Shown here: positions 10,722 to 21,171 of the stretch, piece after piece | Numbering within the stretch: the first letter of the stretch is position 1 | Layout: every line of letters begins with the position of its first letter | Assembly (NCBI GenBank): GCA_027624175.1 | Contig: JAQBXT010000001.1 | Location: 32,842-96,841, forward strand | DNA from: Pseudomonadota bacterium | Lineage (GTDB): Bacteria > Pseudomonadota > Gammaproteobacteria > Burkholderiales > SG8-39 | Reading direction: 5' to 3' | DNA length: 64,000 bases | Made by a program: the position numbers and the translations under genes | The notes under the pieces: generated by a model | The model's database searches: none | Told to the model about the DNA's origin: nothing | What the model saw: only the letters and a program-made list of their open reading frames with translations

Positions 10722-11312
10722 CTACTTCGCGCGGTACTTGCCCCACAGTTCATCCAGCCGCGGGTAGCGGCCGCAGCCAGTGACATAGAAGTGGTAGCGC
10801 GCAGGATTCTTCTTGTAGTAGTCCTGGTGATAGTCCTCCGCCGGCCAGAACTCGCCCGCCGTCTCGATGGGCGTGAGGATTTTCTGCCTGAACGGCTTGT
10901 CCCTCTCCCATTTCGCTTTGGAGGCCTCGGCCAGGCGCTGTTGCTCGGCGTCGTGGGCGAAGATGCCCGGCCGGTACTGCGAGCCGTGGTCGCAGAACTG
11001 GCGGTCGATGTAGGTCGGGTCGTGATTCACCCAGAACGCCTCGAGCAACTTTTCGTAGCTCAGCTTCTTCGGGTCGTAGGTGACCTGCACCGCCTCGGTA
11101 TGCCCGGTGCGCCCGGTCGACACCAGCGCGTAGCTGGGATTTCTCATCTGGCCGCCGGTGTAGCCGGAGACCGAGGACAGCACGCCAGGCAGCTTGTCCA
11201 TGGCTTCCTCCAGGCACCAGAAGCAGCCGGCGGCGAACGTCGCCTTGGCGGTGTCCTGCGCATGCGCCAGCGCCGGAAACAGCAGCGCAAGTACCAGCAC
11301 TATCCTTGTCAT
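10722..11312 (-). CDS. msrA: Exported peptide-methionine (S)-S-oxide reductase MsrA
   Basis: GCFWC, TGHTEAV, AEDYHQDY; N-terminal signal peptide. Confidence 0.95.
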   Translation of the reverse strand: MTRIVLVLALLFPALAHAQDTAKATFAAGCFWCLEEAMDKLPGVLSSVSGYTGGQMRNPSYALVSTGRTGHTEAVQVTYDPKKLSYEKLLEAFWVNHDPTYIDRQFCDHGSQYRPGIFAHDAEQQRLAEASKAKWERDKPFRQKILTPIETAGEFWPAEDYHQDYYKKNPARYHFYVTGCGRYPRLDELWGKYRAK

Positions 11313-11358
11313 GGGGCGGCTCCTCGGTTCAGCCTTGGTCGCGCGGCAGGAGCGATCC

Positions 11359-12183
11359 TTACTCCACCTTCGCCTTCGCGCGCAGTTCGCGCACCAGGGC
11401 CTCGACCTTCTGCCGTGTCAGGCGCTGCTGGATCTGCGGCCGCACCTGCGCCAGCGGGGGAAAGTTCACCGCGCGCTGGTCCTCGAGCTGGATGACGTGG
11501 AATCCGAAGCGCGATTGCACCGGCGCGCTGGTGATCTGTCCCTTATCCAGTTTGACCATGGCGTCGGAGAATGCCTTGTCGAATGCCGCCGGCACATTCC
11601 AGTCGAGGTCGCCGCCGCGCTCGCGCGTGCCCTCATCCTTGGAGGACTTGCGTGCCAGCTCGTCGAACTTGCCGCCTTTCTTCAGTTCCGCCAGCACGCG
11701 GTTCGCCTCTTCCGCGGACTCGAGGAGGATATGGCGCGCGTGGTACTCGGTGGCGCCGGTCTGAGTGCGCGCGCGGTCGTATTCCTGCTGCACGTCGGCG
11801 TCGGTCACCGCGTGCTTTTTCATGTATTCGTTGATGTAGGCGCCCACCAGCACTTCCTGGCGCGCCATCTCCAGCTGCAGCAGCACGTCCTGGCGCTTGG
11901 CGATGCCGTTGCGCGCGGCCTCCTGCGCCACCAGCTCGCGGTTGATCAGGTCCTCGCGCACCGCGCCGCGTGTCTGGTCGTTGTCCGGCGCACCGCGCGC
12001 GACCTGCTGGCGCAGCATGAATTCGAGCCGCGAGCGCGGGATCGCGGTGCCGTTCACGGTGGCAACCGGCCCGCTGGCGGATTTGGCGGCAGGTTTGGCG
12101 CCGGGTTTGTCCGCTGCCGGCTGTGCCAGTGCGGGCAGTGCGAACGCTGCGGCCGCCGCAAGGGCGAGAAGACGGAAAGTCAT
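11359..12183 (-). CDS. Periplasmic PpiC-type peptidyl-prolyl isomerase
   Basis: Signal peptide, HARHIL, GGDLDW, SRFGFHVI. Confidence 0.92.
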   Translation of the reverse strand: MTFRLLALAAAAAFALPALAQPAADKPGAKPAAKSASGPVATVNGTAIPRSRLEFMLRQQVARGAPDNDQTRGAVREDLINRELVAQEAARNGIAKRQDVLLQLEMARQEVLVGAYINEYMKKHAVTDADVQQEYDRARTQTGATEYHARHILLESAEEANRVLAELKKGGKFDELARKSSKDEGTRERGGDLDWNVPAAFDKAFSDAMVKLDKGQITSAPVQSRFGFHVIQLEDQRAVNFPPLAQVRPQIQQRLTRQKVEALVRELRAKAKVE

Positions 12184-12221
12184 TCGATGCCTTTCAACTG
12201 AGTGGAAATAGGGGCGCGCCC

Positions 12222-12500
12222 TTATGCACCCGCCCCCGGCTCGTCCGGGGCGCGTGCGGTGATGGCGAGCGCGTGGATCGGGTGCTGCATCATCTCGCCG
12301 AGCGCCTGGTACACCAGGCGGTGGCGCGCCAGGGTCGGCTTACCGGCGAACGCTTGCGCGACGATGATCAGGCGCCAGTGCGTGCCGCCGCCCTCGCGAT
12401 AACCGGCGTGGCCGCGGTGTCGCTCGCTTTCGTCTTCGAGTTCGAGCACCTGGGGCTGCAGGGAGGCAAGGCGGGCGCGAATCTGTTCCGCGGTGCTCAT
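12222..12500 (-). CDS. bolA: BolA family protein
   Basis: EDESERHRGHAG, RHRLVYQALG, IHALAI. Confidence 0.92.
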   Translation of the reverse strand: MSTAEQIRARLASLQPQVLELEDESERHRGHAGYREGGGTHWRLIIVAQAFAGKPTLARHRLVYQALGEMMQHPIHALAITARAPDEPGAGA

Positions 12501-13042
12501 GGCTTGGTTCCGGATTCGTCGACGTATTTGTACAGGACCAGCACCTGCACCGCGATGAACACCAGCATGAACCCGGTCAATCCCCAGAGCTTGAACTGCA
12601 CCCAGAAAGCGAGGCTGAAGTTCTGCGCGATATAGAGGTTGAGAAATCCCATGAACACGAAGAACAGGATCCACGCGGTATTGAGGTGGCTCCAGACGCG
12701 AGCGGGCGCCGAGAAGCCTTTTTCCATCATGGCGCGAATGAGGTTCTTTTTCGCCACCACCGGCGCCAGCGCCAGCACCACGGCGAACAGCCAGTACAAG
12801 GCGGTCGGCTTCCACTTGATGAATCGTTCCTCCTTGAGGAACAGGGTCAGTCCGCCCAAGATGATGATCAGCACCATCGAGACCAGCAGCAACTTTTCGA
12901 CTTTCTTGTAGCGCAACCACACGTAGGCGACCTGCGCGATGGTGGCCGGAATGATCACGGCGGTGGCGGCATAGATGCTGTCCGTCCACACGTAGGTCGC
13001 GACGAACAGGATGACCGGGAACAGGTCGAAGAGGAACTTCAT
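12497..13042 (-). CDS. ispZ: Inner membrane protein YciB (septation protein A)
   Basis: MKFLFDLFPVILF, FIKWKPT, WVQFKLWG. Confidence 0.93.
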   Translation of the reverse strand: MKFLFDLFPVILFVATYVWTDSIYAATAVIIPATIAQVAYVWLRYKKVEKLLLVSMVLIIILGGLTLFLKEERFIKWKPTALYWLFAVVLALAPVVAKKNLIRAMMEKGFSAPARVWSHLNTAWILFFVFMGFLNLYIAQNFSLAFWVQFKLWGLTGFMLVFIAVQVLVLYKYVDESGTKP

Positions 13043-13077
13043 GCGGCGGCGGCGATTCTACCCCAGTGCGGCGGGCA

Positions 13078-13762
13078 CTACTTCCAGCCGCCAACCGCCT
13101 TGGTCGCCGTTTCGTTCAGCGGCCGGATCAGCAAGCCGGTGGCGGACACGTTCACGGCGTACTGCGCGCCGTCGGCCATTGGCGCGTACGCCGCGCTGCC
13201 GTACAGCGCATCGGCGAGCGGCAGCCAGCGCTGGTGCTCCTTGAGCAGCGCCCACAGGTCGAAGCCGGCGTCCGCCGGCAGCGCGTGCACCGTGCGCGGC
13301 GCGCTCTTTTCCTGCGCGGTATCGGCGTAGCGCCCGGCGACGCGCTCGAAGCGATACAGCGTATCCAGCCCGAGCACCGTTCCCATGCCCTTCCACTTGA
13401 GCACGCGCGCATCGATCTGCCACTCGTCGCCGCGCAGCTCGAAACGCCGCGCCGGCGCAGTGCTCGGCACCAGCAGTAGCTCAAAGCGCTTGGGCGCGAT
13501 TTCGCGGAATACCGCGCGCGCCGCCTCCTGCTCCTTTGGTGAGCCGCGCGTAGCTGTGCAGGCCTGCGGCGAGCATCGCCCCGGCCGTGCCGAGGGCGGC
13601 GACGACCGCGGCGATCACCAGGAACACGATGCCGCTGCGGATCTGCCAGTCGCGCAGGCGGCTCACGGCTTCGACCAGCAGCAGCAGCGCGATCACGCCG
13701 CCGACGCCGGCGATGACGACCAGCACCGTTTCTGGACTGAGCGCGGCGATCCAGGCGGGCAT
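13078..13762 (-). pseudogene. Conserved membrane-anchored hypothetical protein split by a +1 frameshift
   Basis: Two TM helices then YARLTK; an extra A (13535-13537) shifts into EQEAARAVFREIAPKRFELL...GDEWQIDARVLKW...YGSAAYAPMADG. Confidence 0.65.
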
Positions 13763-13768
13763 CGGCGT

Positions 13769-14221
13769 CTAGCCCAGCAGCCCGCGTTCGCGGTGCCAGT
13801 CGATGATGGCCTGCCGCGGGTAGGCGCGAAAGCGCCGCTCGCCCTTGCCCTTGGGCACGGCGACCCAGGCCGCCTTGGAGTCGAGCAGGATGTGCTGGCG
13901 CTCCTTCGGGGTGGGCAATTTGGTGTCGATGGCGGAGGCGAACGGGTAGATCCATTCGGCCCAGCGGCGATCCCATACCCACAGCGCGCTGCCGCATTTC
14001 GGACAGAAATGGCGCTCGCCGCCGCCGCGCGTGGCGCGGTAGCTCCGGGTCCGGCCCTTGACCTTGAAGCTTGCCGCCTGGCCCATGATGTTCACTGCCG
14101 AGCCGCCGCCGCCCGCGGTCTTGCGGCAGATCGAGCAGTAGCAGTGCAGGTAGGGATAGGGCGTCCCGGATTCGACCGAAAAGCGCACGGCGCCGCAATG
14201 GCAGGAGCCCTTGAGTAGCAT
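13769..14221 (-). CDS. GFA (CENP-V) family zinc-binding protein
   Basis: GSCHCGAV, CYCSICRK, RHFCPKCGS. Confidence 0.9.
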   Translation of the reverse strand: MLLKGSCHCGAVRFSVESGTPYPYLHCYCSICRKTAGGGGSAVNIMGQAASFKVKGRTRSYRATRGGGERHFCPKCGSALWVWDRRWAEWIYPFASAIDTKLPTPKERQHILLDSKAAWVAVPKGKGERRFRAYPRQAIIDWHRERGLLG

Positions 14222-14255
14222 GCGGCTAATATACCGGGAACCCGTGGAGGACGAT

Positions 14256-14651
14256 GTGTCGCTGGTCACACTGATCGAATACGCCGATGCCAACGCCGAA
14301 GTGCGCGCGGTCTACGACGACATCATGCGCACGCGCGGCGTGGACTGGATCAACAATTTCTGGAAGGCACTCGCCAATGACCCGGCGCAGTTGCGACGCC
14401 AGTGGGAGACGGTGAAGCAGGTGATGGCGCCGGGCGCGCTCGATCCCCTGGTGAAAGAGATGGTGTACGTGGCGGTCAGCGCCACCAACGGCTGCGAGTA
14501 CTGCACCTACTCGCACACTGCGTCGGCGCGCAACAAGGGCATGAGCGACGCCATGCTGATGGAATTGATGGCGGTGGTGGGACTCGCCAACGAAACAAAC
14601 CGGCTCGCCAACGGGCTGCGCGTGCCCGTGGACCCGCGCTTCAAGCCCTAG
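14256..14651 (+). CDS. Carboxymuconolactone decarboxylase / AhpD-like protein
   Basis: RBS GGAGGA then GTG; KEMVYVAVSATNGCEYCTYSH. Confidence 0.88.
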   Translation: MSLVTLIEYADANAEVRAVYDDIMRTRGVDWINNFWKALANDPAQLRRQWETVKQVMAPGALDPLVKEMVYVAVSATNGCEYCTYSHTASARNKGMSDAMLMELMAVVGLANETNRLANGLRVPVDPRFKP

Positions 14652-15226
14652 CGCGCACCCGAGCGGTCCCACAGGTTGGGCAGCGTCGCGTTGGCATAGC
14701 CGGAGACGAAATCGCGCGGTGCGCCGCTCGCCGCGTCGTAAGTATGGCGCCGCACGGCGCCGATGTTGGCGCCGTAGACGTGGATGCTCACCGCGGTCTG
14801 CGTCCCGGGGTTCGACACCACGTGGATGTCGCCGATGCGTGGCGAGACGCGGTCCACGTCGCCCGGCCGAACCGGATGGCGGCCAACGGACTTGAGCTCG
14901 CGCGAGTATTCCTCGCACAATTCTTCGCCGCGCAGCACGCCCACCAGGCCCCACACCGTGTGGTCGTGGATCGGGGTCTTCTGGCCGGGCATCCAGACGA
15001 AGCTCACGACCGAAAAACGCTCCATTGGGTCGCAGTGCAGCAGATATTGGCGATAGCCGTCGGGGGACGGTAGGGCGAACGCTTCCGGCAGCCAGTCGTC
15101 CTGCGCGATCAGGCCGCGCAACAACTTCTCGCCCTCGTCCAGCATGCGCTGCTCATCCGCGCCGTGGCGCTCGGCGAGCCGGGTCATGTCCTGGATGAAA
15201 CTCCTCAGGCGCGCGAGGTTGCTCAT
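14648..15226 (-). CDS. Gln-type cysteine dioxygenase family protein (3-mercaptopropionate dioxygenase-like)
   Basis: YRQYLLHCD, FSVVSFVW.PGQKTPIHDH.VWG, SIHVYG. Confidence 0.88.
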   Translation of the reverse strand: MSNLARLRSFIQDMTRLAERHGADEQRMLDEGEKLLRGLIAQDDWLPEAFALPSPDGYRQYLLHCDPMERFSVVSFVWMPGQKTPIHDHTVWGLVGVLRGEELCEEYSRELKSVGRHPVRPGDVDRVSPRIGDIHVVSNPGTQTAVSIHVYGANIGAVRRHTYDAASGAPRDFVSGYANATLPNLWDRSGAR

Positions 15227-15244
15227 GCCTTAAGCTCCGGGGTC

Positions 15245-16138
15245 ATGAGCGCGATTCTATCGCCCCGGCTCGGCATCCCGCTGCTGATGCTGCTCGCCAC
15301 AATCTTCGCGGCCAACCACATCGCTGCGCGGCTGACCTTCGATCACGGCACCAGCATTGCCACGGCTGTCGCCGTGCGCTCCGGCGCGACCGCGCTGGTG
15401 ATGGTCGGTTTGCTGCGCCTGCACGGGATCCCGATGGCGCTGCCGCGCGCGACGCTGGCGCGCGGCCTCGGCATCGGCTTGCTGGTCGCGGTGCAGAGTT
15501 TCTGCCTGTATTCCGCCGTGGCGGCCATCCCGGTGGCCCTGGCGCTGCTCGCGTTCAACACCTTTCCCATGTTGTTCGTGCTGCTCACCTGGGCTGCCGG
15601 CGGCGACAACCCGGGGCGGCGCGCCCTGGTGGCGATGCCGCTCGCGCTCGTCGGCCTGGTGCTGGCGCTGGACATCGTCGGCACGCTCGAGGCGATCGCC
15701 GGTCGCTGGGCCGAAATCGGCGTCGGCGTGGGCTGGGCGCTCGGTGCGTCCACCTCGTTTGCGCTGGTGCTGTTCCTCACCACGCGGCACCTCAAGGATG
15801 TCGACGGGCGGCTGCGCACGCTGCTCATGATGGGCGCGACCGCGGTGGCGGTGGGACTGGCCGGTGCGGCGAGCTCGACGCTTGCGCTGCCCGCGGACGG
15901 CACCGGCTGGTTGGGGCTGGTGCTGCTGACCGTGCTCTATGGCACCGCCATCACGGCCATCTTCACGGTGGTGCCGCGCCTTGCGGCGGCGAGCAACACG
16001 GCGGCGCTCAATTTCGAGCCGATCGCGGCGCTGGCGCTCGGTTGGGCGATCATCGGCCAGTCGGTCGAGCTGCGCCAGCTGGTCGGCGCCTTCATCGTCG
16101 TCGGCGCGGTGATCCTCATCGGCACCAAGCGGCATTGA
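15245..16138 (+). CDS. EamA/DMT family transporter
   Basis: About ten hydrophobic helices in two repeats, LNFEPIAA. Confidence 0.87.
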   Translation: MSAILSPRLGIPLLMLLATIFAANHIAARLTFDHGTSIATAVAVRSGATALVMVGLLRLHGIPMALPRATLARGLGIGLLVAVQSFCLYSAVAAIPVALALLAFNTFPMLFVLLTWAAGGDNPGRRALVAMPLALVGLVLALDIVGTLEAIAGRWAEIGVGVGWALGASTSFALVLFLTTRHLKDVDGRLRTLLMMGATAVAVGLAGAASSTLALPADGTGWLGLVLLTVLYGTAITAIFTVVPRLAAASNTAALNFEPIAALALGWAIIGQSVELRQLVGAFIVVGAVILIGTKRH

Positions 16139-16154
16139 GCCGCGGGCCGATGGC

Positions 16155-16226
16155 GTACGGTGGGCCATCGGCGTACGGTGGGCCATCGGCCCACCAAAGA
16201 AATTGTAGCGTGGGCCACTGGCCCAC
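16155..16226 (+). repeat. REP cluster upstream of the RAYT: tandem 18-bp units plus a GTAG REP
   Basis: GTACGGTGGGCCATCGGC twice (16155-16190) followed by CCACC; GTAGCGTGGGCCACTGGCCCAC (16205-16226). Confidence 0.85.
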
Positions 16227-16267
16227 CCTCCTGTCAACCAAATGGCGCGCTGTGCGCTGTTCGGAGC

Positions 16268-16813
16268 ATGTCGATCTACCGGCGCGCCCGCGTTCCGGGC
16301 GCCTCGTACTTCTTCACCGTCAATCTGGAGGACCGGACCTCCCCCCTGCTGATTGAGCGCGTGGATGCGTTGAGGCAGGCGTTTGTGCTGACCAGACGCG
16401 AATTGCCATTTCTCATCGACGCGATCGTGATTCTCCCGGATCACCTGCATTGCATTTGGACGTTGCCGGACAGCGACGATGATTTCCCGTCGCGCTGGCA
16501 ACGGATCAAGGGGCGCTTTTCGCGTGCCTGTCCAGATGGCGAGACGATTACCGCGAGCCGCGGACGCAAGCGCGAACGCGGGATCTGGCAGCGCCGATAC
16601 TGGGAGCATCTGCTGCGTGATGAGCTGGATTTCGCGGCCCATGTGGACTACATCCACTACAACCCGGTAAAGCACGGCTACGCGGACCGAGTGCTCGACT
16701 GGACGCATTCGAGTTTTCATCGTTACGTGCGGGAGCAGACGTTACCGCCCGATTGGGGAGGGACTCGTGAAAGCCGATTGCCGCTAGGCGGCTACGGGGA
16801 GAGAAGCTCGTAG
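16268..16813 (+). mobile_element. rayT: REP-associated tyrosine transposase (RAYT/TnpA-REP, Y1 HUH)
   Basis: YRRARVPGASYFFTV, HUH motif PDHLHCIW, WQRRYWEH, catalytic Tyr in YIHYNPVKHG; REPs on both sides. Confidence 0.93.
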
Positions 16814-16832
16814 GGTGGGCCGTTGGCCCACC

Positions 16833-16839
<7 letters not shown>
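16807..16839. repeat. Perfect GTAG REP palindrome downstream of the RAYT
   Basis: CTCGTAGGGTGGGCC-GTT-GGCCCACCCTACGAG, perfect 15-bp arms. Confidence 0.9.
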
Positions 16840-18245
<1,406 letters not shown>

Positions 18246-18247
18246 GG

Positions 18248-19843
18248 CTAGACCCGCTCCTTGTTGAATTTGGCCTTCGCGCCGGTGCCGTACACCTTGA
18301 GCGCGCCCTGCTCGCCGACCGCATTGGGGCGGATGAAAATCCAGTTCTGCCAGGCCGAGAGGCGGCCGAAAATGCGCGTCAGCATGTTTTCCCGTCCGCT
18401 GAAGCGCAGGCTCGCCTCCATGCCGGTGAGCGCGTCCGGCGACAGGCTGGCGCGCTCCTCGATGGCGATGCGCACCTCGTCTTCCCAGTCGAGCTCGTCC
18501 GGCGTGGCGGTGACCAGGCCCAGCTTGCCCGCCGCCTTGGCGTCGTACACCCTGCCGCGCTCGAGCTCGGGCACCACGCCGCAGTAGCGCGCGCTCAGGC
18601 GCGCGTCGCCGCTCACCATCGGGTAAGTGCCGAAATTGAGCGCCGACAGGGCGAGGCCGGCGCCGTTCTCGGCGTCCAGCATGAAGCTGCGGTCGGCGGC
18701 CAGCGCCAGTTCCAGCAGCGTACCGGCGAAACACGACCCGGGTTCGATCACCGCGAACATCGAGCGCGAGGACACGTCCAGCCGCGCGAGCGTGCGGCGC
18801 AGGTAACCCAGGGTCTCGCGCACGAACCAGTCGGCGGCATTCTTTTCGAGCAGCGCGTCGAGCTCCAGCACGCGCGCAATGTCGCCCTGGGTCTTGAGGA
18901 TCCACAGCCCGAGCTCGAGCTGGTTGTGCCGCAGGTCGAGGATCGCGCGGTCCAGTTCCCGGGCGAGGCGCAGCGGATACCAGTCGGCGCTGCGCTCGAG
19001 CTTCACGTGTTCCGGCCCGCGCACGGTGATCTCCGCGGTGCCGGTTGCGGCATCGATGTGCACCTGCACGATGCGGTTTTCACCCAGCGGCGCAAGCGCC
19101 ACGCCCAGGCCGCCGGGACGGTCGGAGCGCTGCGCAAGTTCCAGCGCGCGCGCCTTCACGGCGTCCGCGAACTGCTGCGGCTTGGCCACATGGTCCACCA
19201 GCTTCCACTCCCTGGCGCGGTCGGCGCGCACCCCCTCGGCCGTGGTGCAGAACACGTCGGCGAGGTCGCGGCGCACTTTCCGCTTGTCAATGATGCGCGT
19301 CAGCCCGCCGGTGCCCGGCAGCACGCCGAGCAGCGGCACTTCGGGCAGGCTCACGGTGCTGGAGCGGTCATCCACCATCAGGATTTCGTCGCAGGCGAGC
19401 GCCAGCTCGTAGCCGCCGCCGGCGGTGGTGCCGTTCAGCGCGGCGAGGAACTTCAGCCCCGAATGCTCGCTCGCGTCCTCCAGACCGTTCCGGGTCTCGT
19501 TGGTGAACTTGCAGAAGTTCACCTTCCAGGCATGCGAGCTGGTGCCGAGCATGTAGATGTTGGCGCCCGAGCAGAACATGCGGCTCTTGCCGCTGGTGAG
19601 TACCACAGCCTGCACCTCGGGATGCTCGAAGCGGATGCGGTTCAGCGCGTCGTGCAGTTCGATGTCCACGCCCAGGTCGTAGGAATTGAGCTTGAGCTTG
19701 TAGCCGGGCGCGATGCCCTTGTCCTCGGCGATGTCGAGCGTTAGGGTGGCGAGCGGGCCGTCGCAGCCGAGCTTCCAGTGGTGGTAGTGCTCCGGTGCAG
19801 TGTCGAAGCCGACCTGCACGGCCATGTTTTCGGGTGCGTTCAT
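18248..19843 (-). CDS. boxC: 2,3-epoxybenzoyl-CoA dihydrolase BoxC
   Basis: GYKLKLNSYDLGVDIEL, FCSGANI, KVNFCKFTNETRN, RLSAWQNWIF. Confidence 0.96.
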   Translation of the reverse strand: MNAPENMAVQVGFDTAPEHYHHWKLGCDGPLATLTLDIAEDKGIAPGYKLKLNSYDLGVDIELHDALNRIRFEHPEVQAVVLTSGKSRMFCSGANIYMLGTSSHAWKVNFCKFTNETRNGLEDASEHSGLKFLAALNGTTAGGGYELALACDEILMVDDRSSTVSLPEVPLLGVLPGTGGLTRIIDKRKVRRDLADVFCTTAEGVRADRAREWKLVDHVAKPQQFADAVKARALELAQRSDRPGGLGVALAPLGENRIVQVHIDAATGTAEITVRGPEHVKLERSADWYPLRLARELDRAILDLRHNQLELGLWILKTQGDIARVLELDALLEKNAADWFVRETLGYLRRTLARLDVSSRSMFAVIEPGSCFAGTLLELALAADRSFMLDAENGAGLALSALNFGTYPMVSGDARLSARYCGVVPELERGRVYDAKAAGKLGLVTATPDELDWEDEVRIAIEERASLSPDALTGMEASLRFSGRENMLTRIFGRLSAWQNWIFIRPNAVGEQGALKVYGTGAKAKFNKERV

Positions 19844-20625
19844 GCGTTCTCCTTGGCGGCCAGCGCCTTCAGTTCGGCGAAGCTCTGCTTCAGCGCCCGG
19901 CCGGTGGTGTTGAGCACCGCGTCGGCTCGCGCGTACAGCCGGTCGCGGTCCGCGAGCAGGCGCCGGATTTCCTCCAGCGCGGCAGCGCTGCCCTTGAACG
20001 GGCGCAGGTCGCCTTGCGCCATGACCCGCTGCATGTGCTCCTCCGGCGTGGCCTTGAGCCACACGCAGGTGCAATGGTCGAGCAGCAGATTGTAGGTATC
20101 GGGGTCGGTCACCAGGCTGCCCCCCGCGGCGATCACCGCGCGCGCGTGCTGCTTCAGCACGCGCGCCAGCGCCTTCCTTTCGAAGCGCCGGAACACCTCC
20201 TGGCCGTACATCGAGAACACTTCGCCCAGCGGTGCACCGGCTTCCTGTTCTACTTCGCGGTCCAGCTCGATGAACGGCAGGCCGAGCGCCTGCGCGAGCT
20301 TCGTGCCGAGCGTGGACTTGCCGGCGCCGCGCAGCCCGAGCAAGGCGATGCGCGTGTTCTTCGACGCGGCGCCGTGCTCGCGCACCAGCACTTCGACCGG
20401 TACCTGCATGGCATGCGCGAGCTTGCGCAGCAGCAGCACCGAGATGTTGCCCTGGCCGGCCTCGAGTTGCGCCAGGTAGCGCTCCGAGAGATCGGAGGCG
20501 AGCGCCAGTGCCTTGCGCGTCATGGCATGCGCGGCGCGCCAGGCGCGCACGCGGTCGCCGAGGCGGCCCAGGTAGGCGGCTTCGGCCTGGTCTTCGCGCT
20601 GCAGCGTGCTCGGCGGTGCGCCCAT
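19840..20625 (-). CDS. boxR: BoxR/BzdR-type regulator (XRE HTH fused to a shikimate-kinase-like domain)
   Basis: SERYLAQLEAGQGNIS, GLRGAGKST, EEHMQRVMAQGDLRP; heads boxCB. Confidence 0.9.
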   Translation of the reverse strand: MGAPPSTLQREDQAEAAYLGRLGDRVRAWRAAHAMTRKALALASDLSERYLAQLEAGQGNISVLLLRKLAHAMQVPVEVLVREHGAASKNTRIALLGLRGAGKSTLGTKLAQALGLPFIELDREVEQEAGAPLGEVFSMYGQEVFRRFERKALARVLKQHARAVIAAGGSLVTDPDTYNLLLDHCTCVWLKATPEEHMQRVMAQGDLRPFKGSAAALEEIRRLLADRDRLYARADAVLNTTGRALKQSFAELKALAAKENA

Positions 20626-20675
20626 GCGGTATAGTGCTTGCGTGGTGGAAGAGCCTGCATTATAGTGTGTGGCGC

Positions 20676-21149
20676 ATGAAAATCAACCTCCTCGTCGGCA
20701 CCATGACCGGCACGGCGCAGCTGTGCGCGCAGGAGATCGAACTGGCCCTGGACGGGGACGAGGTCCAGGTCGCGACGCTGCTGATGGACAAGCTCGATCC
20801 TTCCGTGTTCGCCGACCGGGCGGCGGTGTACCTGGTGTGCACGTCCACCTACGGGCAGGGCGACGTGCCGGACAACGCCAAGGGGCTTTACGGGGCGCTG
20901 TGCTCGGGCAAGCCCGACCTGTCGGGCGTGCGCTACGGCGTGTTCGGCCTGGGCGATCGCACCTACGCCGAGACCTTCAACTTTGGCGGCAAGCATTTCG
21001 ACGAGATCCTTGCGGCGCTGGGCGCCGAACGGATCGGCGAGCGCTACACGCACGATGCTTCGAGCGGCACGCTGCCCGAAGAGATCGCCATGGAATGGGC
21101 GCAACAGTGGGTGGAAAAGGTGCGTGAGCGCCTGTCTCAGGCGGCTTAG
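20676..21149 (+). CDS. Short-chain flavodoxin (MioC/cindoxin-like)
   Basis: GTMTGTA phosphate loop, STYGQGDVPDN, GLGDRTY. Confidence 0.92.
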   Translation: MKINLLVGTMTGTAQLCAQEIELALDGDEVQVATLLMDKLDPSVFADRAAVYLVCTSTYGQGDVPDNAKGLYGALCSGKPDLSGVRYGVFGLGDRTYAETFNFGGKHFDEILAALGAERIGERYTHDASSGTLPEEIAMEWAQQWVEKVRERLSQAA

Positions 21150-21171
21150 AATTGCGCGCGAGGAGGATTGC

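Noticed and set aside
16155-16226. Short direct repeats as a possible CRISPR mini-array
   Set aside because: Units are contiguous or irregularly spaced with no unique spacers and no cas genes; explained as REPs of the RAYT
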